NCBI GenBank assembly: GCA_051294375.1
Contig: CM119268.1
Location: 17,424,502 to 17,488,501, forward strand
Reading direction: 5' to 3'
Source: Paraspadella gotoi
Lineage: Eukaryota > Animalia > Chaetognatha
Length of the DNA: 64,000 nt
Part shown: one piece after another, positions 1 to 11,807 of the stretch
Layout: every line of letters starts with the position of its first letter
Position numbering within the stretch: the first letter of the stretch is position 1
Program-made: the position numbers and the translations under genes
The notes under the pieces: generated by a model
Seen by the model: the letters and a program-made list of their open reading frames with translations, nothing else
The model's database searches: none
Told to the model about the DNA's origin: nothing

Positions 1-57
1 CTACCTTTAGAATTAGAGAATGAAGCTTAAGATAGCGATGGAAGAAGTTAGGTTATA

Positions 58-75
58 AGAGAGAGAGAGAGGAGA

Positions 76-143
<68 letters not shown>
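58..143. repeat. (AG)n microsatellite, representative of dozens of (AG)n/(CT)n tracts in the window
   Basis: Read directly. Similar tracts at ~5682-5760, 6001-6256, 15705-16010, 17456-17575, 19068-19185, 20396-20482, 22518-22815, 23848-23962, 56440-56830. They generate the spurious ERERER/LSLSLS ORFs. Confidence 0.97.
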
Positions 144-145
<2 letters not shown>

Positions 146-399
146 CTTGGCTCGATTTTTTAATTTTCTCTAAAAAACGAAAAAATCCAAACTATTTTTC
201 CAAACCCCGGATCGTGCCAAAATTCTGTATTGATTTGTAGAAGCCAAAATATTTTTCTGTTTTTAAGTCTAAGGTATTTCAACAATTTTTTTTTTTTTTT
301 TGTGAATATTTTTTACGGTTTTTTTAGTATTTTTTTTTGCCTAACCTTCAAGATTGCATGATCTCTCGCCTCTCCTCTCTCTCTCTCTCTCTCCCTCTC

Positions 400-432
<33 letters not shown>

Positions 433-2089
433 AACCTGAAAAAAAGGGATTTGGCGGGCGGAACGGTTCCGCCTCCTCAGTTCTTACTTTTTCAGATTCT
501 CTTTTTTGTTTCGATATGTAAAACCAGAAATTCTTCGGCGCCGAAAACAAAGCGCCTGAGCAGAGAAATTATCAGAGAAAGAAATGCGTAGCTCTTTAGT
601 TTTATTTATTATTGTATTTTTTTGTTTGTTTTTCGCTTGCAAAGGTATTTTCAACCACCGAGAATTTACGAAATAGATTATGACGAAAAAATTCTTGTTG
701 TTACTGATTTTATAATTTATTTTCCGGTCGAAACAGTAGATTTTGAAAATTAGTTCAGAGATATTTATTGAATAGCTGAAAACATTTAGTAAGACATTAA
801 GATATTACTTTTTTTCATTTTTTAAAATTTTTTGTTGGTAACAAGAGGCTTCAAGTCATATTTAGTACATTAAGATCGAGGTTAACACGCTTGAATTAGA
901 TTTAAGTCACCGTCGTTATCCTTGGGAGCAGTTTAAACAATTATCGGATTATTCATCACGTTCAGATGTGAAAAGATTTACGAAACATTTATTTTAGCAT
1001 AAATTCTTCATAACCTTTTTTTCAATAAATTCAAAAATATCCACAGTTATCTTTTTATTTTGATCCACAGGTCGCAAAAGCGAAGCGGAACGATTTGAAT
1101 CTCATGGATGGAAAATAATTCGAATTTTGAGCCAAGAGAGGTCTCTTTAGGTCCGATAGTTTTGTCACATAGCCGGTTTAAAACAAAAGAATAGTAAAAC
1201 CAATAAAAAATGCTTGAATAATAAAATATCCATTTTCTCGTTGTCGAATTAAGTCTTTGAATTTTTTTGGCAGTTATTGCAAGTAATATTTTCTTTTAGA
1301 ATCCAATATGTTATCCAATATTTAGTCGGTACTCATTAAATCTGGACGTGAGACATATGTGACACAAAATAGCACTTTGCAGTATATTAAGTCATTTCCA
1401 CCAGAGGCTTATAATAAAACAAGCATCCAGCGAGTTTTAAAAATGTTTTACCTCGTTGTATTTATGTCTATCTAGGCCTATCATTAAGACTTTTACTTTT
1501 AAACAAAATAAAAACTTATTCCCTGTGACTTTTAAGAACTCAAAGTAAGGAGCTGAAAAATCAGTCAAACATCAAGTATGTAAAAAAAAGTAGTCTTTGA
1601 ACTATCATGCTTTTAATTTTAAATATTAATATTTTTAACAATATAATATTGTAATTCTCGCTATCCGTTATCCGATACTTAATATCTAATACCACGAACG
1701 CAAAACGGCTTTTTTTCGGGATCTATGGCAGACGCGCAGGGGTCCCATTTACCAGAGCAGACGAAGATCCCAAATTCTTATTCAACGGATCGACCCTCTC
1801 TCTCTTCTTCTCTAAAAAAATGGCGGATCGGAGAGAAATGGAAGAAGTGAGATGGAAATGAGGAGGTTGAAGTGATAAAGGTGGAGAAGTGATGGGGAAG
1901 GAAGTGATAGAAATGTGGTAGATCGTGGTGTGTCAAGAGGACTGTTGGTTACGGTGGAGTGATGAAAAGATTAAGCGAGTTAAAAATATTTTTTGCTGAC
2001 TCCGTATATGTAAATTAAAAAAATCATACTTTTTAAAAAACATTTTTAGCATAACAGTAAAGCAAACTGTATTTTTTCTGTAATAATAT

Positions 2090-5000
2090 TATGGTGGACT
2101 AAAAATCCACCAACCGTTCATCAGCATACTGTGCAAAGTTTCATTACAAACAACCAGACATTTACAAGAAATATACTGGGTTCGGGTTCAGCCTACACTA
2201 TATGACAGTATGTGTCAACTGACTACACAAGTATGAAAACATGCACAAGAAGCATTTAATAATGACTTTACCAGTCTGCCAGTATTACCTAAAATAACTT
2301 TCTTAGCCCGTGTATTATGGCATGCAATATATTTATAGTATTATCTTTATAAAATAAGAAATTTTCAAAATAAATTTTCTTAATTTTTATTAATGTTTCA
2401 GATTTTTTGTAAAAAATTAGACCAAAAATATAAAACGTTATCATAATTTTTTTTTGTATTCAGTGTCAAAAAAGTGTCAAAATTCTCAACTTTTTAACTC
2501 TCTGAAGTAGTAACTACAGTGTGTCCCAATGGTACTGTCGGTTAACTTTTACATATTGTGCGGAACTTGTTAATAAATGTTATTTCTGAGATAACAATGT
2601 CAAAGATAAGTTCTTTACCATTTATGATACTATATTTCAAATTCAATATTTTACCAATTGCTTTATGTAATAACTACAGAAGTTTGCTTTGTTCAATTTT
2701 TAAAATTTGGGTACCTATAAAATGGTCCATAATAAGCCATGGATTTGGCTCACCACTTTTGGCAACAGCTGGTGGCCTGTGATACCCATTGGGGCTTCCG
2801 ACCCCTCAGTGACGCCTCCAGTCACTGGTGCGGTTACCCTAGGACGTCTCGCTTTGCCAACGCAGAGGAAGTCGTAAGGACTGTGGATGGAACTCTACGC
2901 GCTGGGATGGCTGAACGATGATGGATGTGAGGCGATGTGAATATACCGCCACATACAACATATTTTATAAAAGTTTTTAATTTTTTTCTGACAAATCCGA
3001 AATTTTTAAAAAATCAATTTTAAAATTTTAGAAATTTATAAGGATATTACTATAAAAGAAATAACAATTTGCTATACTGTTATGATAAAGATTTTTTTTA
3101 ATGCATAATTTTTTAAAATTTAATATACAAAAAGCAGCAAAAAAATATTGTTATCTCCCTTAATCTTTTGATCACACTACTATACATGATCTAAAAACAT
3201 TAAGTTTCACTGTGACACTATAAAATAATCAGTCCTACAGCATATAAAATGACGTATAACATTAACGATGTCCGTGACCTTATAAAATATTCAAAGACAT
3301 ACAGCACAGAGAATGACGTATAAAGATATTGAATCAATAAATTAATGAAAATGTCACAATAATATGATGACCATGACCCAATAAAAAATGTTATTGCTAT
3401 GCTATACGAAAATGATATACACAAAAAAAGACTTATCGACTGATGTTGACGTGATGCAACAAAATAAACCAAACCAAACATATATATAGTACTGAAAAAG
3501 ACATACTAAACATACTGACATAAAATGACATATGAATCTAAAGGACAAATGATTTAAAAAATGATAAGTATGACTTTGATATGATTGACTTGGTAAATGA
3601 CTAACGTAAAAAAGACGTAAATAACCAATCACCAATGACCAATAACCATGACATCAAATTTGACCGTAAAGTTTAATAAAACTGAAAGTGTCATGAATTT
3701 AAAAGTAAACTAAAAGTGAAGCGAATATATTATAAAATAAACTAAAAGGTGTAATAAATAAGTGCATAAAATAAGTAATATAATTTAGATAAATAACCTA
3801 AAATTATGCACTTGTCTTAAAATACGTTAATGTTAAATATATAGGGTTAGAGTTATAAGGTGTAAGGTTAAGGGTTAGTGCCTAAGTTATAATAAATAAT
3901 AACTTAATAACGAAAGTAATAACAATTTTGAAAATAATGTTATGTTACACTTAAAGACTTTTCTTATTTAAGTTTACGATTTGTTAACTAAGCTTATATT
4001 TGTCACCAATTTAAATCAACATTATTATTTTACGTATAACTTATTTAATAAATTGTAAATGTGTCACTATGAGCAATTAAAGCTTAATTTAAAGAAAAAA
4101 TATTTACCAAGTCACGGCTTAACATTTAGATTATGCAAATTTATAATTTGGATTTGATTTCAAATCTATATTGAACAACAAGAGACAACGTTTTTAATAA
4201 AGCTTTTTTCTTTCTGAAAAAATTAATATATTTTTCATTTTATAATTTTATATTTCCAAAAATTTTCTTGGAGCTGGAGTGGACTTTTTTTGCCCGCTCC
4301 GACTCCAGCTCCAGTCCGCCAAGATAAAATCTCAGCTCCAGCTCCAGCTCCCGTCCGGTAAGAAATAAATTCAGCTCCAGCTCAGCTCACAGCTCCGGCC
4401 AAATATGCCGCTCCGGCACTCGACTCCAGCTCCAGCTAGCTCCACATCCTGGTATTGAGTAATCCATATCATATTTCTGCAAAAGAATTCTAGTAAGCTT
4501 TGCCATTTTTTAATAAGATACAAAATATTTATGGGCGATCTTGAGTCTTGGGTACATTGTTATCATCATCTGGTGATGCGAGGTTTAATCTTGTCAATCA
4601 TATCAGGATACAACTGAATTACGTAACATTGCAAATGTCTTTAAATGTATGCATCCTCATTGTTATTACTAATTTCTTTTACTATCTGTTAATAATGAAT
4701 TAATTAATTAATATCAATGAATTAATCTTCTTTAATATTTTATGGTTCTGGTTCTGGTGTAGCCAAGTAGATTACAGACTTAATGCCATGCTACTATTGA
4801 TAATACATATTCATACCAACTGGGAAAAGTATTTTGGGCTTAAAATATAGTAATAACAAATTAAAAATATAGTTGATAACGAAAATTAAAACAATAAAAG
4901 AAAATATATTGTTTTATTTATCTTTAAAAAATAATATAAGCAAAATATTTTGATTCAGAAATGCTATATTTTATTAAGAAAAATCATTTTCTTTACCTAG

Positions 5001-5111
5001 GCAATTTCAGAAACACTTTGCTCAGTTAATCAGGTAAAATATTACCTAAGTTCACCCCTTAGGTGTTACAGCCTCATCTGAAGCTCAGGGACTGCTTATA
5101 TTGTCTCTTCA
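2090..5111 (+). mobile_element. Internally deleted duplicate of the TRIM-2/hAT nest (LTR start, nested hAT remnants, LTR end)
   Basis: 2091-2126 matches the LTR start at 6699 (GGTGGACTAAAAATCCAC..CCGTTCA.CAGCA). ~2127-4570 matches ~9498-11920, and ~4600-5111 matches ~13065-13581. It ends with the hAT TIR (CCTAAGTTCACCCCTTA), the TSD copy GGTGTTAC and the LTR end TGTCTCTTCA. Confidence 0.75.
2789..2856 (-). ncRNA. Degenerate copy of the permuted twister ribozyme motif
   Basis: Near-identical to 44829-44898, but the T2 GC is changed to AC and one C is lost from the T1 strand (GA-CG instead of GA-CCG). Confidence 0.6.
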
Positions 5112-5273
5112 TATCCTTATAAATATGTAAAATTTTATAATTAATTTTTTAAAAACTTTAATAACATATTTCGATTCCTCCAAGAAAAAAAAAACTTATA
5201 AAAAAATAAGTTTATGATATTTTATTATATTGCTGATAAAAAACAACAAAACCGGTTTGTCATAAACTACTAC

Positions 5274-5680
5274 TGAGAACTTTGACCTTTTTTCTAATTT
5301 TGACACTGAAGATGAAGAAATTTGTGATAACAAGTTTCTTATTATTGTTATAACTTTTTTTGAAAAATCTGAATTTTTTATAAGAATAATACTATAAATA
5401 TATTTATATTTTTGCTTTTTTGTTCCCTAAACAATATTAACAAAATACTTTTTGTATTCAATAATCATACTATCTCGCATAAAATTATTATTGTTAATTG
5501 ACACCATTTTTTGTTCTCATGTGCTCAACACTACTGTTGGTGGAAAGCAAAACGTATACGGTACGGGGGCCTGAGGGGTTTTAGAGAGAAAAAGAGAATG
5601 GAAACCGACCCAAAATCATTTGTCATCCCACTCAGAGTTTATCTCCCTCCCATTCATCTTTTTGGGACGTCGCTTCTTTG

Positions 5681-5760
<80 letters not shown>

Positions 5761-6028
5761 TATAGTAACCAGAAAAAAAGCATTAGCATAGCACATACAA
5801 CGAACCTTTAGTGATCTTAACTAGTTGCCTGGCAAAAAAATCAGATTTTTATTATTTACATTTATTTTAATTCCGTAGTGACTAGTCTGCTTTTCAGTCT
5901 GATATTTTACGAATCATTCTTGAGAAGAACTCAGTATAACGAGGCGAATGTCTGCAACGAAGGAAAATGCCCGCTGCCTTACTTTGGTGCTATAGAGAAC
6001 GAGAGAGAGAGAGAGAGAGGAGAAGAGA

Positions 6029-6060
<32 letters not shown>

Positions 6061-6182
6061 AGAGAGAGAGAGAGAGACAAAAGCTCCATTCCGGGCTGAG
6101 CACCAAAGGCGCCCTCTACCCCAATTACACTCGGAGGGCAGAAAACCTCCCTGGAACCCATCTTCTCTCTACGTTTTCAAGT

Positions 6183-6249
<67 letters not shown>

Positions 6250-6268
6250 AGAGAGAGTGGAAGGCAGA
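5274..6268. repeat. Segmental duplicate X1 (second copy 19474-20492)
   Basis: Near-identical sequence from TGAGAACTTTGACC to GTGGAAGGCAG. Differences are mostly homopolymer or microsatellite length. Confidence 0.9.
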
Positions 6269-6298
6269 ACNNNNNNNNNNNNNNNNNNNNNNNNNATC

Positions 6299-6367
6299 GC
6301 GGCCATTGGTGCCTGAGGCAAATCATTCGCCTCCCAACCCAAAGGTCGGGTTCTTGCCAGTGGTCGC
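6299..6367 (+). promoter_or_regulatory. tRNA-Gly(CCC)-like segment inside the TRIM-2 LTR (putative Pol III promoter; not a functional tRNA)
   Basis: Acceptor stem GCGGCCA/TGGTCGC, A-box-like TGGTGCCTGAGG, TCGCCTCCCA as in tRNA-Gly(CCC), and B-box-like GGGTTCTTGCC. A diverged copy lies at ~6743-6802. Confidence 0.55.
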
Positions 6368-7389
6368 CTAGCAATTAAGAGGGATGGGGCTCTTAACCCC
6401 TGTAACTTGGTGTTACAGCCTGATCCGAAGCTCAGCGACTGCTTATATTGAACGGTTATTTACTAATGTTACTAGTTACTATGTTTGTACTGATGTTACA
6501 TAACAATAATTACTGTCTCTTCATGTGAGCCCGACTTCCGACACCAACAGCAACAATAACTTTCAGGCAACATGCCTCAAACTGGCGGTTCCCTTTCCGC
6601 CAAAACACATCAGGCGGCATGCTTCGACTTGTGACGAACTTTCCACCAACAACAATTCACTGAAGAGACGATCATGACTTTCCCTACGGGAGGGAGGATG
6701 TACGGTGGACTAAAAATCCACCCAACCGTTCACCAGCAGAAGTTGGTGCGGAGGCAAATCATTCGCCTCCCATCCAATGTCGGGGCTTCTAGCCTGTGGT
6801 CACCTAGCAGTTAAGGGATGGGGCGTTTAAACCTGCTTGTAACATGGGTGTTACTAAGGGGTGAACTTAGGCAAAATTTTTTCTTAATAGTAATAGACAA
6901 TTTTTGGTTTACCTAGTAGTTAACTGATAAAAGTAGGCAATTTTATATTGAGGAAAGGAGCTTTAAAACTAGAGATAACTGACAACTTATGATCTAATTT
7001 GCTAAGATTTAAAGGGAAATATTTTCTTCAATATTTAAAACCAAATATATTAAATTAAATTTAAAATTAAAAAATTACAAATAGGATATTTTTCGGTATT
7101 AATTTTTAAACAAAATCTTTTCAATATAAACTTTAATTTGCTCAACATTGAAAATTCAATTGGTTTTAGCCCAAATTTTTAGAATATTTCAATGAAAGAC
7201 AAAATAATTTTGTAAAATAAAATTAAAGCTAAAAATATTTATTCAGATTTAACCAAGTTTGGTGACAGGGTTTGAGTCCGTTATATAGTTGTTTTTTAAT
7301 TAAGATAAACATTTTCAGAATTTTCAAAATGTCATTTTTTATTTTGAGTTAAAATCTTGTTAATGATGAAAAATAGAAGGAAAAAACTT

Positions 7390-8045
7390 TTTGGATTTTT
7401 AGAGAAAAAAAAATTTAACAAAATTTTTTATTATGATTAAACATACATGTTTGATTTAATTTGAAGTCTTTATCAGTGCTAATTTAGTTTTGATAGTACA
7501 TATTTTTTTGTTCTAAGTAAACATGAAAGGGATGGAGAGAAGAGAGAGAGGAGAGAGGAGAGAAATAAAGTTTCCAACAAAGAATTAAAAAAAATGACAG
7601 TGGTCAGCTTTGAGATAGGGTAAGTTGAGCAGAGAGAAAGAGGGGTGAGAAAAGAAATTGAAATTTGGCGAGAGAAAGAAAGAGAATAATGTAAGATGTA
7701 TTTAATGATGTATATGTATTGATCTAATTGTTGACCTCTGCATCTTCTCTCTCTCTCTCTTGCCAATTTTAATTTCTTTCCTCACCACCTTCTCTCTCTC
7801 TGCTCAACTTACCCTATCCTCAAAACTACCACTGTCCTTTTTTTATTTCTTTGTTAGAACATTTTTTTTCTCTGTCTCTCTCTCTTTCCCTCCATCCTTC
7901 TCCTGTTTACTTGTGAACAAAAATTATGTATTATCAAATTAAATAAGCACTGATGAAGATTTGAAATTAAGTCGAACATGTATGTTTTAATCATAATAAG
8001 TTCGTTTGTTGTTAAAGAATTCTTTTTTCTCTCCAAATCTAAAAA
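7390..8045. repeat. ~300-bp imperfect inverted repeat (arms ~7390-7686 and ~7744-8045), Penelope pLTR-like
   Basis: The arms are reverse complements, e.g. GAGATAGGGTAAGTTGAGCAGAGAGA vs TCTCTCTGCTCAACTTACCCTATC. Each arm carries a hammerhead-like motif after a CT-rich tract. Confidence 0.8.
7947..7985 (+). ncRNA. Minimal type-I hammerhead ribozyme motif (Penelope-like element type), one core A missing
   Basis: GCA-CTGATGA-A-GATTT-gaaatt-AAGTC-GAA(A)-CATG-TA-TGT: core CUGANGA, 5-bp stem II, palindromic stem III CATG, stem I GCA/TGT. A more decayed inverted copy lies at 7441-7479 (-). Confidence 0.6.
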
Positions 8046-8146
8046 AAAACAAACGAAAGAAAAAAACAATATTTGAAATTTATCCATGGCATATTTAGCT
8101 TTCTAATGAGCTCAATTTTTTAATAAATCAGCTTGGAGGTATTGAG

Positions 8147-11100
8147 CAGAGGTTGTGGAGCTGGCGCATTTTTTCTCCAGCTCCTAGCTGCCAACTCCAG
8201 CTCGGAAAATTTTTTATCAAGCTCCAGCTCCAACTGTACATACCTAAATTTTTTTCAGCTCCGACTCCACTCCAGCTCCTAATATTTTGCGACAGCTCCA
8301 GCTCCGTGCTCGTGACCCTTAGTTTAATGTTATAGTTGCTTATATTTAATAACCTAATTGTTATATCTATTTAGCTTATTTTATAACTTATTTATTTAGC
8401 TTGATTTATAATATAATTAATTTAATTAATCATGTATGAAATAATTATATATCATTTTTTAATAATATTATGTTTTTTAATATTATTTACGTATGAGACA
8501 GATTGTACTTAAATGTTAGAAAGGAGTTAGGAGTTACGACGGTAGGATAAAACATTTACTCCCACATACATTAATATCTACTTACTTTATTAATAACATG
8601 TTTCTAAAAATTTAACTTTTTAATTTTATATTTGATTATTTATCAGGATTTTCTAGTTTTGGCTAGTAATTCATAGAGTTATGCATGCATGAATTCTTGA
8701 GTCATGATCATGAAAGTAGATTACTATGCACGCTTAAGGTTTTTTACTTACTACCAACTGACCGCCGCGACATTGTAAAGCGCTACGTTAGAGGAAGGGT
8801 AAGTCTCCTCTAACTGCAGGAACCAGCACTTTAGGCCCGCTTTGATTTAAGGGCAAGAAGAGGGAGCCCGGCAGACCATATCAGGTCAGATAAGTACCCC
8901 AGGCATTTTTCCAGGGATTTTTGCCCGACGCCTAAATGAGTCATAAAGTCTTGGAGTCAAGATCATGATATGACATGCCAATGACCCGTGTCACATTTAC
9001 TGTTAACTTTCAGAGCGGGGGCAGCTCCTTTCTTCTCTTATTTTTTACTAACACTTTACTCTTAATGTATTCTATTGTTACTTTTACAATTTATTATTTA
9101 AAATAATAATGTTGCAAACTTAAATTGTTTATATATATTAACTTATCTCACTATCTTTCTTTCAATATCCCTCACTTTTTTATTCTTATTCTTAATCTGT
9201 CTTTAACCTTCCCTGTCTTTTTCTTATTTTTTTGGACCTTCTCTCCCTCTTCACGTTTCACACACGCCAACCTTATACTTTGTCAAAAATTTTCACAAAT
9301 GATTTATTATTTTTTTGCGCATAATGAAGACTTACATCTAGTTTAAAAAATTTTCCTTTTTCTCCATTTTTAAAATAAAATTGTTGCATAACAAAACAAG
9401 GATCGTCCATCCTTTTTGCGCCGCAGTGACTTTCTTTTTTCTGTATTTCATGTGATCAGCATGATTAGAAATTATTTTAAAAAGTTTTATGATGATCATA
9501 CTGTTGCAAAGTTTCATTACAAACAACCAGACATTACAAGAAATATACTGGGTTCGGGTTCAGACCTACACTATATGACAGTATGTGTCAACTGACTACA
9601 CAAGTATGAAACAATGCACAGAAGCATTTAATAATGACTTTACCAGTCTGCCAGTATTACCTAAAATAACTTTCTTAGCCCGTGTATTATGGCATGCAAT
9701 TATTTATAGTATTATCTTCATAAAATAAGAAATTTTCAAAATAAATTTTCTTTAATTTTTATTATGTTTCAGATTTTTTGTAAAAAATTAGACCAAAAAT
9801 ATAAAAAGTTATTCATAATTTTTTTTTGTTATCAGTGTCAAAAAAGGTCAAATTCTCAACTTTTTAACTCTCTGAAGTAGTAACTACAGTGTGTCCCAAT
9901 GGTACTGTCGGTTAACTTTTACATATTGTGCGGAACTTGTTAATAAATGTTATTTCTGAGATAACAATGTCAAAGATAAGTTCTTACCATTTATGATACT
10001 ATATTTCAAATTCAATATTTTTACCAATTGCTTTATGTAATAAACTACAGAAGTTTGCTTTGTTCAATTTTAAAATTTGGGTATCCTATAAAATGGTCCA
10101 TAATAAGCCAATGGAGTTTGGTCACCACTTTTGGCAACAGCTGGTGGCCTGTGATACCCATTGGGCTTCCGACCCCTCAGTGACGCCTCCAGTCACTGGT
10201 GCGGTTACCCTAGGACGTCTCGCTTTGCAACGCAGAGGAAGTCGTAAGGACTGTGGATGGAACTCTACGCCTGGGATGGCTGAACGATGATGGATGTGAG
10301 GCGATGTGAATATACCGCCACAATACAACATATTTTATAAAGTTTTTAATTTTTTTCTGCAAATCCGAGAATTTTTAAAAAATCAATTTTAAATTTTAGA
10401 AATTTATAAGGATATTACTATAAAGAAATACAATTTGCTATACTGTTATGATAAAGATTTTTTTTAATGCATAATTTTTTAAATTTAATATACAAAAGCA
10501 GCAAAAAAATATTGTTATCTCCCTTAATCTTTTGATCACATACTATACATGATCTAAACATTAAGTTTCACTGTGACACTATAAAATAATCAGTCCTACA
10601 GCATATAAAATGACGTATAACATTAACGATGTCCTGACCTTATAAAATATTCAAAGACATACAGCACAGAGAATGACGTTATAACGATATTGAATCAATA
10701 AATTAATGAAAATGTCACAATAATAATGACCATGACCAATAAAAATGTTATTGCTATGCTATACGAAAATGATATACACAAAAAAGACTTATCGACTGAT
10801 GTTGACGTGATGCAACAAAATAAACCAAACCAAACATAATTAGTACTGAAAAAGACATACTAAACATACTGACATAAAAATGACATATGAATCTAAAGGA
10901 CAAATGATTAAAAAATGATAAGTATGACTTTGATATGATTGACTTGGTAAATTGACTAACGTAAAAAAGACGTAAATAACCAATCACCAATGACCAATAA
11001 CCATGACATAAATTTGACGTAAAGTTTAATAAACTGAAAGTGTCATGAATTTAAAGTAAAACTAAAAGTGAAGCGAATATATTATAAAATAACTAAAAGG

Positions 11101-11807
11101 TGTAATAAATAAGTGCATAAATAAGTAATATATTTAGATAAATAACCTAAAATTATGCACTTGTCTTAAAATACGTTAATGTTAAATATATAGGGTTAGG
11201 ATTATAAGGTGTAAGTTAGGGTTAGTGCCTAAGTTATAATAATATAATTAATAACGAAAGTAATAACAATTTGATAAATAAGTTTTGTTACACTTAAAAC
11301 TTTTCTTATTTAAGTTTACGATTTGTTTAACTAAGCTTATATTTGTCACCAAATTTAAATCAACATTATTATTTTACGTATAACTTATTTAATATAATTG
11401 TAAATGTGTCACTATGAAGCAATTAAAGCTTAATTTTAAAGAAAAAATATTTACCAAGTCACGGCTTAACATTTAGATTATGCAAATTTATAATTTGGAT
11501 TGATTAAAATCTATATTGAACAAACAAGAGACAACGTTTTAATAAAGCTTTTTCCTTCTGAAAAAATTAATATTATTTTTCATTTTTATAATTTTATTAT
11601 TTCCAAAAATTTTCTTGAGCTGGAGTGGACCTTTTTTGCCCGCTCCGACTCCAGCTCCAGCTCCGCCAAGATAAAATCTCAGCTCCAGCTCCAGCTCCCG
11701 CTCCGGTAAGAAAATAAATTCAGCTCCAGCTCCAGCTCCAGCTCCGGCCAAATATTGCCAGCTCCGGCAGCTCCGACTCCAGCTCCAGCTCCAGCTCCAC
11801 ATCCCTG
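8147..11807. mobile_element. Non-autonomous hAT-type DNA transposon (hAT-2) nested in hAT-1
   Basis: TIRs CAGAGGTTGTGGAGCTGG / CCAGCTCCACATCCCTG, subterminal (GCTCCA)n arrays, and a perfect 8-bp TSD GTATTGAG at 8139-8146 and 11808-11815. Confidence 0.85.
10161..10227 (-). ncRNA. Degenerate copy of the permuted twister ribozyme motif (inside hAT-2)
   Basis: Carries the same mutations as 2789-2856. Confidence 0.6.

Noticed and set aside
3840-3880. Interstitial telomeric TTAGGG repeats
   Set aside because: Only two or three degenerate units inside a transposon; not an array.
5511-6374. ORFs rich in ERERER / LSLSLS (also throughout 14-25 kb and 56-58 kb)
   Set aside because: They are translations of (AG)n/(CT)n microsatellites and N gaps, not genes.
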